From positions 397,752-461,751 of the forward strand of contig CAWIQP010000004.1 in the NCBI GenBank assembly GCA_963838285.1: a stretch of 64,000 nucleotides of DNA. The letters are read 5' to 3'. Positions 52,180 to 63,513 of the stretch are shown piece by piece (the first letter of the stretch is position 1; each line of letters opens with the position of its first letter). The notes beneath the pieces were generated by a model. It was given only the letters and a program-made list of their open reading frames with translations, was not told the DNA's origin and searched no databases. This DNA is from an uncultured Chloroflexia bacterium. GTDB taxonomy: Bacteria; Chloroflexota; Limnocylindria; Limnocylindrales; CSP1-4. The translations under genes and the position numbers were made by a program.

Positions 52180-53124
52180 TCAGCCCCGATCGGCCTCCTG
52201 TGGAATACCGATCGGCGCCACCAGGACGCGGCCGGCGACGGCCGAACCGCGCCGCGCCAGAAGTCCGGTCTTGGGCCTGTGGAATGTCACCGTCACGTGC
52301 GCGATCACGACCGGGTCCGATAGATCGCCGCTCGTGAGGTCGACGGCCGTGGGCGCGTCCACCGCCAGAATCGGGATGCCCGCCCTCCTGGCGCGCCCGA
52401 TCAGCTCGACGGCGCTCCGGATCGGGTCGCGCAGCGGCCCCTGGACGCCGGTGCCGAGGAGGGCGTCAACGACCAGGGCGGCCTTCTCGATCCCCTGGGC
52501 CAGGATGGCCACGTCTCGGGCGACGGGCGTGTGGATCCGCTCGACGCGATCCTCGGCCTCGAGGCGATCCCAGTTGCGGATGGCGTCCTTGCCCGCCGGT
52601 CGCCCTTCGGTGCCGACCAGAACCGCGACCACGAGGGCCCCCTGGCGGGAGAGGTGGCGCGCGGCCACGAAGCCGTCGCCGCCGTTGTTGCCCGGGCCGC
52701 ACAGGATCAGGATTGGCCCCTTGCCCCAGCGCCCCGTCTGAACTGCCAGGGCCTTCGCGGCCGCGGCCACGGCGCAGCCGGCGTTTTCCATCAGCCGGAT
52801 GCTCATCACGCCCATCGATTGCGCCCGGCGATCGGCCCCGCGCATCGCCTCGGCACCCATCGGCGCGGACTCCATGGATCGCGCCCAGTGGGCCGCGAGC
52901 CCGTCGATGGTCAGACCGAAGATCGCGGGATCCTCGGACGGCAGCGCCGCGGGCGCGTTGGGGTCGTCCGGGACCGGCAGCCCTACGGGCCCGGCGGCGG
53001 ACTCTGGGGCGCGCCCCGAAGCGGGCCCCGACGCGGGACCCTCAGTGGACGCCCCGCCAATCCCCGGCTCCACGGCCGCCGGAGCGGCGTGGCGGCGAGG
53101 GACGTTCCGTCGCGGCGCTGGCAT
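52180..53124 (-). CDS. NAD(P)H-hydrate epimerase (YjeF N-terminal domain) with a low-complexity N-terminal extension
   Basis: MENAGCAVA...LCGPGNNGGDGFVAARHL signature. ATG at 53124 behind GGAGGAGG. A shorter start at 52875 is possible. Confidence 0.75.
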   Translation of the reverse strand: MPAPRRNVPRRHAAPAAVEPGIGGASTEGPASGPASGRAPESAAGPVGLPVPDDPNAPAALPSEDPAIFGLTIDGLAAHWARSMESAPMGAEAMRGADRRAQSMGVMSIRLMENAGCAVAAAAKALAVQTGRWGKGPILILCGPGNNGGDGFVAARHLSRQGALVVAVLVGTEGRPAGKDAIRNWDRLEAEDRVERIHTPVARDVAILAQGIEKAALVVDALLGTGVQGPLRDPIRSAVELIGRARRAGIPILAVDAPTAVDLTSGDLSDPVVIAHVTVTFHRPKTGLLARRGSAVAGRVLVAPIGIPQEADRG

Positions 53125-53140
53125 TGCGTTCCTCCTCCGA

Positions 53141-56100
53141 CTAACCGGTGTTCTGAAGGCCGGCGGCCACGCCGTTGACGGTGAGCTGGACCAGGCGGCG
53201 GAAGCGCTCTCTGTCCGGATCGTCGGCCGGAAGCGAACGCAGTCTCGCCAGGAAGCGTACCTGGATGTGGGAGAGAGGATCTATGTAGGGGCGGCGCAGC
53301 CTGATCGAGCGGGCCGCCAGGGGCTCGGCCGCCAGCAGCTCGGCTCGACCGGTCACTCGCGCCAGGCAGCGGATCGATCGCTCGTACTCGTCGGTGATAC
53401 GAGCCCAGAGGCGGGCCCCGTCCCCGTCCCCGGCCAACGCCGCATACAGCCCGGCAATCTTCGGCTCCGATCGGCCGAGGATCAGCTCGGCGTTGTCGAA
53501 GGCGCTCGTCAGGAACGGCCAATCCCGGTACAGCTCGGCGACGCGGTCGAGCGAGCCCTCGCCGTGCGCCTTCTCGAAGCCCTCCAGGGCGGAACCCAGG
53601 CCGTACCAGGCGGGCAGCCCGATGCGCGCCTGAGACCACGAGAAGACCCAGGGAATCGCCCGCAGCGACTCGATCCAGGCCGTCCGGGAGGGACCGGCTT
53701 CCGCCCGCCCGTCACCCGGCGCGCCGCCGCGCCCCCCGGCGGCGGCTCCGGCACTCGCACCGGGCGCTCCGGACCGTTCGCCGGCGGCCCCGCGCCGGGC
53801 CGGTCTCGATCCGAGCGCCATAGTCGATAGCTCGGCCACCGGCGTTACGGCCCGGAAGAATCGTTCGAAGCCCGGCTCTTCGTAGACGAGGTCCCGGTAG
53901 GCTCGGCGGGCCAGGCCGGCCAGTTCGTCCATCGCCGCCCGGCCTCGCTCGTCCACCTCGTCGACGCACTCGTCGTGCTCCTGCGTGGACGCCACCACGA
54001 CGGCGGAGCCCACGAGCTCCAGGTGGTTCTCGGCGACGTCCAGGTTGGAGTAGTTTGCCGCGATCGTCTCGCCCTGCTCGGTCATCTTGAAGCGGCCGTC
54101 GATCGAGCGGGGCGCCTGGGCCAGAATTGCCCGGTTGGTCGGACCGCCGCCGCGCCCGATGGCTCCGCCGCGGCCGTGGAAGAGCGTCAGCTCCACGCCG
54201 TGGCGCCGCGCCACTTCGGCAAGGCGGGCCTGGGCCCGGTAGAGCATCCACACCGCCGCCAGGAACCCCGATTCCTTGTTCGAGTCCGAATACCCGAGCA
54301 TCACCTCCTGGCGGTCGCCCCGGGCTGCCAGGTGGCGCCGATACCGCGGGTCGGTCAGCAGCGCCTCGAGCAACTCGCCCGACCCGGTCAGGGCGTCGCT
54401 GGACTCGAACAAGGGCACGATGTCGAGCGCCGCGGAGCCGGGCGGGAGGCCGCCGGTGGCGGATGCCGGGATGGCCGGTCCGGCGGCGACCTCCGCGAGG
54501 TCGAGGACGTGCATGACGTCGCCGGCGGAGCGCGTGAAGCTGATCACGTAGCGGTGGCAGGCATCCTCGCCGAACCGGCGCTGGATCGCGGCCGCGGCCC
54601 GGAAAGTGGCGACGACCTCGGCGGCGCTCACTCCGGGTACCAGCTCGGTCGCGAGATCCGGGGCAGCCGAACCGCCCGGAACGCCGTCCCTCCCGGCCGT
54701 GCCGGCGTCCCCTGTTCCACGCAGGGCCGCGAGCGCCGCCTCGTGCACCTCCGAGTGCTGCCTGAGCTCGAGCGAGGCCAGGTGGAAGCCGAACGTCTCG
54801 ACCTGCCAGCGGAAGTCCTGCACCTCGCCGAAGGCAACGCGCGGAAGGCGATCGGCGACCAGGCAGCGCTGCATCTCCTCGAGCTCCGACACGAGCTGGG
54901 CCGGCGTCTCGTAGCGCCCCGCGATGGGACCGGCCTCCTCGGTGAGGTACGCGCGAGTCCGGCGGAGCCGCTCCCCGATCGCTCCGAGCCGCTGCCGGTA
55001 GGGCTCCTCCGGATAGCGACCGGCCATGTCGCGCATCGTTTCCGGCAGCTCCTCGCCGTCGCGGGCCAGCCGCGCTTCCATGGCCGGCTGGATCTCCTCC
55101 CGCGGCACGTAGGCCGCGATCGTGGAGAGCAGGCGCGCGGCTACGGCCTCGTAGCCGTGGAGGACGTGGTCGGCGTGGATGCGCGGCACCTGGCGGGTGA
55201 CTTCGGCCGTCACGGTGGGGTTGCCGTCCCGGTCGCCACCGATCCACGAGCCCCAGCGCAGGAACGCGGCCACGCGCGCGGGCCGCGTTCCAGTTTGGCC
55301 CGCGTCGCCGGCGAGAAGGCCGTCGGCCGCCGGTCGCGCCGGCCGTCGCGCCGGCCGGCGCGTCGGCCGCCCCGGTCGCCTCGACACCGACGCCGGCCAC
55401 GCCGGCCGCCGACCGCGCCGGCTTCGTCCATGGCTCTGTCGAAGGCCCGGTACACGCGGGGGACGACCCTGAACAGCGTCTCGTCGAAGAACGTGAGGGC
55501 GGTCCGGACTTCGTCGATCGGACTGGGCGCCAGGCGGCGAACCGCGGACGACCGCCAGAGCAGGCTGATCTCCTCCCGCAAGCGGCGGCGGATCTCGGCT
55601 TCGTCCGTCGCTCCCAGGCGAGGATCGTCGAGCTGCTCCAGGAGCCGGTAGCAGCGTCGCAGCGCGGTCAGCATCGTGCGCCGCCGCGCCTCCGTCGGGT
55701 GCGCCGTCAGGACGGGCGTGATCCGCATCCGGCCGAGCAGCGCCGCCGCGCGATCGCCCGACCAGCCGCGCTCGAGCAGCCACGCCAGGGCTTCGGCCGG
55801 CGTCCCCTGACCCGCGGTGCCGGCCGCCGGCCGGTCGAGCCTGAAGCGGCGCACGGCGTCACGCTCCTCGGCGAGATTGACGAGCTGGAAGTACAGGCTG
55901 AACGCCCCCGCCAGCGCCTCGGCCTCGGCGACGTCGAGCGAGTCGAGCTCGGCGGCGAGAGCGCTCTCGGCTGCTTCGTCGCCGGTCTCGCGGAATGCGA
56001 TCGAACGCAGCCGGCATCGCTCGACCAGGTCCAGCAGCGGCGGGCCGCCCTGCTCGGCGATCACCTGGCCGAGGAGCGCGCCCAGCAGCTTGACCTCGCG

Positions 56101-56211
56101 CGGGAGCGGATCGCGGGCGCGCGCCGTGCCGGCGGTCGCAGACCCCGAGCGCGTTGCCACACTCCGGCCGACGCGGCGCCGGGCCTTGCGATCGGGGCCA
56201 TCTGCGGTCAT
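53141..56211 (-). pseudogene. ppc: phosphoenolpyruvate carboxylase with an apparent frameshift at ~55300-55370
   Basis: The N-terminal frame (…VLTAHPTEARRRT…RVYRAFD) and the C-terminal frame (FLRWGSWIGGDRDGNP…LQNTG) differ by one position across a GC repeat (gtcgcgccggcc x2). The 3071-nt span is not a multiple of 3. Confidence 0.8.
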
Positions 56212-56514
56212 GCGCTGCTCCACTTCGGGCGAGCCGTCGTCCAATCCCTCGCCGAGCCGGCCTTAGGGCCGCGCGCCGAGGGACGGGCTACTAGGGCGAG
56301 AATACAGCGCCACCGGAACCGGCAGGCGGACGTGGCCGGAGCGGACAGCCCCGCGGTCCGCGGGCGGGCAACCACTCCTACCCGAGGCGGGCGGGCCGGC
56401 GTCTCCGGTGCGCTCGAGCCGCGGCCTCCGCGCCGGCGGGCCGTCCTACGCCAGCGGCCACCCCACCGCACGCCGCCGCACGCTTGTCGCGCCGCCGCGC
56501 TACCATTCGGCGCC

Positions 56515-57015
56515 ATGACCACCCCAACGATGGAGCCCGAGGCGCGCGTCGTCGAAGACCTGGCGGCGTCTGCCGGCCCGTTGACGGTCGTCTACGACCG
56601 GGATTGCGGCGTCTGCCGCGAAACGGTTCGGGTCCTGCGCCGCTGGGACCGCGAGTCCCGGTTCGAGTTCATGCCGCTCCAGACGGCCGCTACCTGCGGA
56701 CGGCCGCTGCTGGCGCAGCTGGCCGCGGAAGGCCACCTCGCCGACGCCGTCCACGTCATAGACGAGGCCACCGGACGCGTCGTCTCGGGCGGTCATGCGG
56801 CTCTGGCGATTCTCGACGCGCTGCCGGGCGGCTGGCTGCTCCGTCCATGGGCCGCCCTTCCCCCTACCGCCGCGGCCGCCGACGTCGTCTATCGTGTCGC
56901 CGCCAGACACCGCGACCGGGTGACCTGGTTGGTGGGCATGCGCGACGAGGTCAGCTGTCCCGTCCGTCCGACCGTCGACGACCCAACGTCCTCCAGGGAC
57001 CGCCTCGCGCGCTAG
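56515..57015 (+). CDS. DCC1-like thiol-disulfide oxidoreductase (DUF393)
   Basis: VVYDRDCGVCRETVRVL CxxC motif. Confidence 0.75.
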   Translation: MTTPTMEPEARVVEDLAASAGPLTVVYDRDCGVCRETVRVLRRWDRESRFEFMPLQTAATCGRPLLAQLAAEGHLADAVHVIDEATGRVVSGGHAALAILDALPGGWLLRPWAALPPTAAAADVVYRVAARHRDRVTWLVGMRDEVSCPVRPTVDDPTSSRDRLAR

Positions 57016-57195
57016 GTTCGCGCCGACTCATCCGCACCGACGCGGCGGGCGTCTCTCCACAGCAATCCGCACCTCCAGCCCCTTCGTATCGGCGTCGCCA
57101 CGACCCATCGAGGTAGGTTCGATCGGGCCGTTGGTCACGCCCGAGCCGTACCAAGTCCGATACCCCCGCGGCGCCCAGCCCCCTAACCTCTCTCC

Positions 57196-57729
57196 ATGGC
57201 GAGCGTCCCCTCCCACATGACACCCCTGCGGCTGGTTCAACGTGCCTCGATCGACCTCGTGCGGGCCGTGCCGTTGCTCACCGAGCAGGCGACGGCCTGG
57301 CTGGGCACGCCCGTGCCGGCGCCTCGTCGCGGCTGTCGTCGCTACCTGACGGACCTCAGGCTGCCGATCCGGGATCGCTCGCCGAGCCTGGTCTTCAACA
57401 AGGCCGCCTACGTGGACCTCGGCGAAGTGAGGGACACGCCCGACGGTTTCGAGCTCGAGATCGGCTGGCAGTCGTCTTCGCTTGCGCCTCTCTTCCCGGT
57501 GTTCGCCGGCCACCTCACGTTGACTTCGACGCAACTCCGCCTCGAGGGCTACTACGCACCACCCGGCGGAGAGTTCGGAGCGGTCCTCGACAAGGCCTTT
57601 CTCGGCATCGCCGCCCGGGGTACGGCGCGCTGGTTCCTGGAGCGCACGCTGGAGGTCGTCGCGCCGGCTTCGGCGGAAACCGACCTGGCCCGGCTGACAC
57701 GGCCATCGGCCGAGGAGGCCTCGGCTTAG
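57196..57729 (+). CDS. hypothetical protein
   Basis: 177-aa ORF with no recognisable motifs. Confidence 0.35.
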   Translation: MASVPSHMTPLRLVQRASIDLVRAVPLLTEQATAWLGTPVPAPRRGCRRYLTDLRLPIRDRSPSLVFNKAAYVDLGEVRDTPDGFELEIGWQSSSLAPLFPVFAGHLTLTSTQLRLEGYYAPPGGEFGAVLDKAFLGIAARGTARWFLERTLEVVAPASAETDLARLTRPSAEEASA

Positions 57730-57818
57730 AGCCCGGCCGGCCGCCGAACAAGGCCTCCTTCGCGTGAGCGGGTGCACACCCACAGGCGTCGTCCGAGACG
57801 GCTAAATCCGACAGATTC

Positions 57819-57848
57819 TTGCGACTTTCGAATGAGTTCCCCTATAGA
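57819..57848 (+). promoter_or_regulatory. sigma-70-like promoter (TTGCGA-N18-TATAGA) in a locally AT-richer tract
   Basis: Near-consensus hexamers about 80 nt upstream of a strong-RBS small ORF. Confidence 0.4.
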
Positions 57849-57929
57849 AGCGCAATCTCCATCGGAGTAAGGTGAGCCGGCTACCAGAATTCGCTCGCAT
57901 GAACTGCTGCCCAGTGGAAGGAGGTTCCG

Positions 57930-58166
57930 GTGCCTGAGCCATCCGCCGTAGAGGGAGTAGTGCGTGCGCTCGTCGAGGCCATGGAAGCGCGCGAGTCGGC
58001 CGAGCCGGATCTCCCCGAGTGGGAGGCGAACGCCCGGCTCCGCGCCGCGGAGGCGCACCTGCTGCAGCTGTACCGCGGATCCAGCCGGCCCCCGGCTGAG
58101 CTCGTGGCGATCGACATCGAAGTCGGGCAGTCCCAGGTCGGGCCGACCGCCGTCGAAGTCGCCTGA
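57930..58166 (+). CDS. hypothetical small protein (78 aa)
   Basis: GGAAGGAGG RBS 5 nt before GTG. Confidence 0.5.
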   Translation: MPEPSAVEGVVRALVEAMEARESAEPDLPEWEANARLRAAEAHLLQLYRGSSRPPAELVAIDIEVGQSQVGPTAVEVA

Positions 58167-58263
58167 CCAAGGTCGCCTTTCCTCGTCCGCGGAAGCCGCG
58201 CGCCCAAACCTGTAGTTGACAGGTCGGCCGACCGATACCTCGCACGGTTGGGCACACCTTGCC

Positions 58264-59578
58264 ATGGAGCCTGCCGTGCAATCACGGGCGACGGAGAAGC
58301 CGGACGCCAGCGCCCGCAAGGATCGCCGCCTGCGGGCGGTGTACCGACGCGAACTCCAGAACAGCGTCTTCTACTCGGCACTCATCGTGAGCGTCGGGAT
58401 CGCGGCTGCGATGGTCGCGAGCGCACTGCTCGCACCCGCGGCGGCGCTGGCCTATGCCGTCGTGACTCTGCCACTCGTCATCGCGGCCCTGGCGGTCGCC
58501 CATGTCGTGCGGAGCCGCGGCCGCAGGTACGTCATTCCGCTCGGCATGCTGATCGGACTGCTCCCCGGGGTGTCGACGGCCGCATCGGTCCTGCTGGTTC
58601 AGAGGCCGGAATTCGCCCTCGGCACGCTCGGGCTCATTCCCATCGCCTTCGCCGTGTTCGTTCCGTTCGAGCGCAGGCCGCACTTGACCTGGCTTGTCCT
58701 GGCCGACTGCCTCTTCCTCGTGGTCGTCGCCGGCATGGTGTACATCGGAGCGGGCTCGACCGAGGTCGTTGCCATGCTCGCCGGCGGAGGAATGGCCAGC
58801 GCGCTCAGCGTGGCAGCCAACGAGATCCAGCTCCGCCGGCGCCGCCAGATGAACGGCCAGCTTCTGGCGGTGCGCGGGCTGTACAGCCGAATGAAGGAGC
58901 ACGAGCTCGATCTCCGACGACAGGACGAGTTCCTGTTCATGCAGCAGGAGACGCTCGTCGTCCAGCAGGCCGAGCTTCTTCGCCTCAACGAGGAGCTCGA
59001 AATCGATCGCCCGCCTCGACGCGCTGACCGGTCTCGGCAACCGACTTCGCCTCAACGAGGACCTGGCCCAGATGGCCGGCCGAATCGAGCGCAACGGTGG
59101 CACGGCCGGGGTGCTGCTGCTGGACCTCGACCGGTTCAAGCGGCTCAACGACAGCGCCGGACACCTGGCCGGAGATGCCGCTCTTCGCGGAGTGGCGGAC
59201 GCGCTTCGCAAGACCAGCCGGGTCGGCGACGGAGTCTATCGCTACGGCGGCGAGGAGTTCCTGGTGCTGCTCCACGACTGCGACCAGGGGGATCTGCACT
59301 CGGCCGGGCAGCGCTACATTTCCGCGATCCAGGCCTCGGGGATGCCGCATCCGGACAACCAACCGTACGGCGTGGTCACGGCCAGCGCCGGCGCCACGGA
59401 ACTCTCGCAGGCCAACTGCGCCGACGTCGACTCCGCCCTCCACGACGCGGACGCAGCCCTGTACGTGGCCAAGGCCCGGGGCCGGAACCGCCTGGAGATC
59501 CACGCCCGGCCCATGCCGGCCGACGTGGTGCCGCTCGACCAGCAGCGCGCCGCCAGCCAGCAGCGCGCCGCGAGCTAA
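58264..59578 (+). pseudogene. membrane-anchored diguanylate cyclase (GGDEF) with an apparent +1 frameshift at ~58990-59030
   Basis: The N-terminal frame has 5-6 TM helices and a coiled coil up to ...LRLNEELE. Frame +1 continues ARLDALTGLGNR...LLLDLDRFKRLND...YRYGGEEF. The length is not a multiple of 3. Confidence 0.75.
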
Positions 59579-59680
59579 AGCCGGCCGACCGTCAGCGTCG
59601 ACACCGCCGCCGAAACGGCCGATACAGCCGCACCGTTGGCGCGAGCGGACCGCGCCCGCGGGGTGGTACCGTCTCGGGCT

Positions 59681-60529
59681 ATGAAAGAAGAAGCAGCCTG
59701 GCGTACCGAGCTCAAGTGGTGGCTCTCGTCGTTCGCGACGTTGATGCCCATCCTGCTGGCCTTTCGGGCGCTGGCCACGGCCGGCTCCTTCGCCACGACA
59801 AGCGCCAATGAGCTCGACGTTGCCGGAGTCACGGATCGCTACGGTGCCGCGGTCGGCCTCGAGCTCCTCTGGCCCATCTCCGTTCTCCTCGTTTTCTTTC
59901 CATTCCTGATCATCGCCGCGCTCGGCTTCCGGCTGCTCCTCCCGGCCGACGAGGAGGCTCGCCCGCGCGCCCTGGCGGTGGCCGTGGCAACCTGGCCGCT
60001 GGCCCTCGGCGCCGGCATCGTCAGCATGGACCCGCTGGGCGTGCTCTTCTTCGCCGCGATCGGCGCCATCTGGGGCCTGACGATGCCCCTGCCTGGGAAG
60101 ACGCTGCTGTCCGGCGACCCGATCAAGGGCGGTCTCGTCGTCGGGCTGGCGTTCGGGTCGCTGCTTCTCGTGGAGGGCGTCCTCTGGGGGATCCTGTGGT
60201 GCGCATGGCGGATCTACAAGGGGGCGTCGGTGGATGTGGTGGCGACGGCGGCCGGAGCGGCCGTCGTGCCCGTCCTTCTGCTCGTCGACGAGTTGCGAAC
60301 CACGTCCATCGCCGGCGTCGCGCTGGACTTCGCGGTCGAGGTGGTCGGCCTGATCGGCGTGTCAGTTGCGGCCGTCGTCGCCGACAAGATGAGGCGCCGC
60401 GACGCCAGATTGGCCGCGGCGGCGGCGGCCGCGGCGGCAGGGCTCCGGGACGGGGAGCCCGCCGAGGCTGCGCCCGACGCCCTGTCCGAGGCCGCGGCCG
60501 ACGACCTGTCCGGTACCTGGGAGAGCTGA
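59681..60529 (+). CDS. hypothetical polytopic membrane protein
   Basis: About 7 hydrophobic helices. The start is uncertain (the ORF extends back to 59636). Confidence 0.45.
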   Translation: MKEEAAWRTELKWWLSSFATLMPILLAFRALATAGSFATTSANELDVAGVTDRYGAAVGLELLWPISVLLVFFPFLIIAALGFRLLLPADEEARPRALAVAVATWPLALGAGIVSMDPLGVLFFAAIGAIWGLTMPLPGKTLLSGDPIKGGLVVGLAFGSLLLVEGVLWGILWCAWRIYKGASVDVVATAAGAAVVPVLLLVDELRTTSIAGVALDFAVEVVGLIGVSVAAVVADKMRRRDARLAAAAAAAAAGLRDGEPAEAAPDALSEAAADDLSGTWES

Positions 60530-60533
60530 TCCC

Positions 60534-60947
60534 TCAGGCGATCGGCAGAAGCACGGCCCCAACGCCAACGGCGAGTCCGATCGCCAGGCTGGCCAGGCCG
60601 ATCTGCAGCGACCGCATCCGGTCGCGGAACCGCGCCTGGGGGTCCGCCACCCGCTGAACCGAGCCGAGCGGCCCGAAGTTGTAGACGCCCGAAGATCCGA
60701 ACCCGGCGCAGAAGTGCAGCCAGGCCTGGAGGTAGCCGGTGGCCGCCACCGCGGCGGTCGGGACCAGCACGAGCCGCGTCCAGGTCGGCGCGGCTACGGC
60801 GAGCAGCAACGCCAGGACGACCGCCGAAACGATCACCCCCGCGTGGCCGGCCCGCCGGCGCCGGGCTATCTCCTCGGGCCCGATGTTGCAAACGCCCGGT
60901 TCGTAGCTGATGACATTGAGAGGGCCCAGACCCTGAACGCTCGACAT
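60534..60947 (-). CDS. DUF4395-like small membrane protein
   Basis: Four TM helices. This family commonly neighbours DCC-family genes. Confidence 0.5.
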   Translation of the reverse strand: MSSVQGLGPLNVISYEPGVCNIGPEEIARRRRAGHAGVIVSAVVLALLLAVAAPTWTRLVLVPTAAVAATGYLQAWLHFCAGFGSSGVYNFGPLGSVQRVADPQARFRDRMRSLQIGLASLAIGLAVGVGAVLLPIA

Positions 60948-61267
60948 GATTGCGACCTCAACTTTCCGAATGGATCGTAGAGGGGTGACGCGGGAGACTC
61001 GCCCGTTTCACGACTTGGACCGCCAGGCGCGCCATCGAGCGCCGCGGCGGCGCCACCTGCCCGTTCCGCGGTTGCCCGGATCCCACGGGACCGTTTCAAT
61101 TGCGAGACCTTCGCCGAGTTTTCACCTGAGGAGGTCCAGAAGGGGTTCTTTCGGACGGCCCGAGCCCGTACAATCGGACAAGACTCACACGAGGCCGGCG
61201 GGCCGATGATCTAGGCCAGCGGTCCCGTCCCGGCGGACCGGTGGTCCTTGTCCCGGAGGATCAAGCG

Positions 61268-61477
61268 TTGGTGTTCAGTCGCAAGCAAGTCAAAGACGAG
61301 GAGGCTCGGAGCGACGCGCAGTCCGCGCTCGTGGAGATGCTCCTCGATGCCGACGAGCTCGAGCGACGACGCCTCCTTCTTTTCGCGCTCCAGACAGGCG
61401 AGCTCAGGAAGAGCGAAGCCGCCGATCTGCTTCGTCTGGTCGATCGGCTCCAGTCGGTTTCCGGCCGCGGCAGCTAG
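61268..61477 (+). CDS. hypothetical small protein (69 aa)
   Basis: TTG start behind a GGAGG RBS with an 8-nt spacer. Charged and helical. Confidence 0.35.
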   Translation: MVFSRKQVKDEEARSDAQSALVEMLLDADELERRRLLLFALQTGELRKSEAADLLRLVDRLQSVSGRGS

Positions 61478-61575
61478 CCGGATCGTCCGAGCCGGGTCCC
61501 CGCTTCCCTACCCAGCGCCTCGACGCGCCTGTTTCGGCGTGCTCGATGGCAGTTCGCGCGTCGCCCGGTCGCGGG

Positions 61576-62886
61576 TCACGACACCTGGGACGAGCGGCGT
61601 TCGAAGAAACCCCTGAACCTGCGCGCCAGGAAGCCCAGCCCCGCTCCGCCGCCCGGTTCCAGCTCCTGCAGGAGACGGTCCGCCAGCGCGTCGATGTCGC
61701 CGATCACCTTGGCCGTCGGGAATCGCTCCACGGCCGACTTGCCTTCGTCGGCGGCCCTGACGAACAGCATTCCCGCCGACCGGACGCGGCCCAGCGAAGG
61801 CAGCACGACCACGCGCTCCACGTCAGAGCCTCCGATGCCGCTGTTGGCCCTGTTGATGACGATCGACAGCCGCTCGCGAATGCCGAGCTCGTCGGCCACG
61901 TCGCGGAACTGAACCGCCGCCCGGATGCACGGGATGTCGGGGGTGACCGGGACGATGATCTTGTCCGCCTGCTCGAACAGTGCCTGGTTCAGCGGCCCGT
62001 AGTCCGGGTGCATGTCGAGGATGACCCAGTCGTAGGACTCGCGGGCGGCCAGGATGGCCTCGGCCACTCGCCTTGGCTCGAGGATCTCCGTGTGCAGCGG
62101 AGACTCCGCCAGAACGAGCACACCCATGCCGCTGCTGTGAACGGTCGCGATCTGCGCCATTGACTCTTCGGCACCGGTCCTGGCATCGTCCCGCCAGGCG
62201 CTTGCCAGCGTTCGCGGCCGCTCCAACCCGAGCGACGAGGCAAGGTGGCCCGTGATCGTGTCGCAATCCACGAGCAGGACCCGCTGGTCCCTGCGAAGGC
62301 GCAGCGCCGCGCCCACGTTGATCGAGATCGTCGTCTTGCCGACGCCGCCCTTGGGGTTGAAGACGATGACGATTCGGCCGTGCTTGTGGCCCGCGGGGCT
62401 CGGGCCCTGGCCCTCGGCCGGACGCGCGGGAGCCGGGATCGACGGCTCGATGTCGTCGCCGCCTCCGACACTGCCCACCAGGCCGTCCTCGGCCGGCTTC
62501 TCGACCGTCTCGTTCTCGACTCGGATCAGCATCGCCTCGATGCGCCAGCGCAGTGACTCCGCCGAGTAGGGCCGGGTGAAGTACTCGTCCTGGGTGTCGC
62601 CGCTGCCGCCGATGCCCATTCGACCGAGCGACCGCGGCGGCATGAGCATCAAGGCCGGTATCCCGCGCCCGCCCTCGTGCAGGACGGCGTACATCTCGAG
62701 CGTGCCGTCGAAGTCGCTCTCAGCGTCGAGGACCGCCACGTTGAGGTCGCCGCGAGTGTCGAGCAGCCGGTCGAGCTCGTCGGCCGAATGGACCGCCACG
62801 GCCTCGTAGCCCGCCTCGGCCAGCTGATCCCGAACGGCGGCAAACTCGGCCCGCGGCAGAGCTATTGCGACAGCGGAACGTGCCAA
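61576..62886 (-). CDS. receiver-like domain + ParA/MinD-type P-loop ATPase (CpaE/TadZ/Ssd-like)
   Basis: The N-terminal pseudo-receiver lacks the conserved Asp. Deviant Walker A is NPKGGVGKTT. TTG start. Confidence 0.75.
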   Translation of the reverse strand: MARSAVAIALPRAEFAAVRDQLAEAGYEAVAVHSADELDRLLDTRGDLNVAVLDAESDFDGTLEMYAVLHEGGRGIPALMLMPPRSLGRMGIGGSGDTQDEYFTRPYSAESLRWRIEAMLIRVENETVEKPAEDGLVGSVGGGDDIEPSIPAPARPAEGQGPSPAGHKHGRIVIVFNPKGGVGKTTISINVGAALRLRRDQRVLLVDCDTITGHLASSLGLERPRTLASAWRDDARTGAEESMAQIATVHSSGMGVLVLAESPLHTEILEPRRVAEAILAARESYDWVILDMHPDYGPLNQALFEQADKIIVPVTPDIPCIRAAVQFRDVADELGIRERLSIVINRANSGIGGSDVERVVVLPSLGRVRSAGMLFVRAADEGKSAVERFPTAKVIGDIDALADRLLQELEPGGGAGLGFLARRFRGFFERRSSQVS

Positions 62887-63075
62887 GAGACCCCAATCCT
62901 CCCTGCAACGCGGAAGCGGCGATTGGAGTGTATCCGATAGAACACAGACGTCGAGAACAAGCGGCTTGCCGTGTGGTTTGCCGGCTTCCGGCGCTGACCG
63001 GACCTTACGCGGAGGGGCTCACAGGATCGAACCGGACACGCCGAGTCAGTCTACGGCCCCGCCGATTCGGCCGAC

Positions 63076-63513
63076 CTACTCGATCGGCTCGAGCACGAAG
63101 ACGGGGATCTGGCGGTCGGTCCTCGCCTGGTAGTTCGCGTAGTCGGGCCATGCTTCGACGGCGCGCTCCCACCAGATCGCCTTTTCGGCGCCGACGACCT
63201 CGCGAGCCATGTAGTCGCGTTTGGCCGCACCGTCCTGCAGCTCGACGTGCGGATTGGCCTTGAGGTTGTAGTACCAGACGGGGTGCTTCGGTGCGCCGCC
63301 GAGCGACGCGACGGCCGCGTATACGCCCTCGTGCTCGACCCGCATGAGGGCGGTCTTGCGGAGCTTGCCGGTCTTCGCCCCGACCGACGTCAGGACGATC
63401 ACCGGCCTGCCGCGGAGGCTGCCGCCCTTCTCCCCGTTCGTCGCCTCGTAGAGCTCGGCCTGATCGCGCGCCCATCTGGCCGAGCTCGGTTCGTACTCCC
63501 CGGTAAGCGGCAT
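63076..63513 (-). CDS. deazaflavin (F420H2)-dependent nitroreductase family protein (Ddn/DUF385-like)
   Basis: Split-barrel PNPOx-like. [19 protein letters not shown]...[17 protein letters not shown] signature. Confidence 0.8.
   Translation of the reverse strand: MPLTGEYEPSSARWARDQAELYEATNGEKGGSLRGRPVIVLTSVGAKTGKLRKTALMRVEHEGVYAAVASLGGAPKHPVWYYNLKANPHVELQDGAAKRDYMAREVVGAEKAIWWERAVEAWPDYANYQARTDRQIPVFVLEPIE

Noticed and set aside
53975-55651. 558-aa plus-strand ORF and the 53712..55400 minus-strand frame
   Set aside because: They are antisense or alternate frames of ppc. The PEPC motifs define the real frames.
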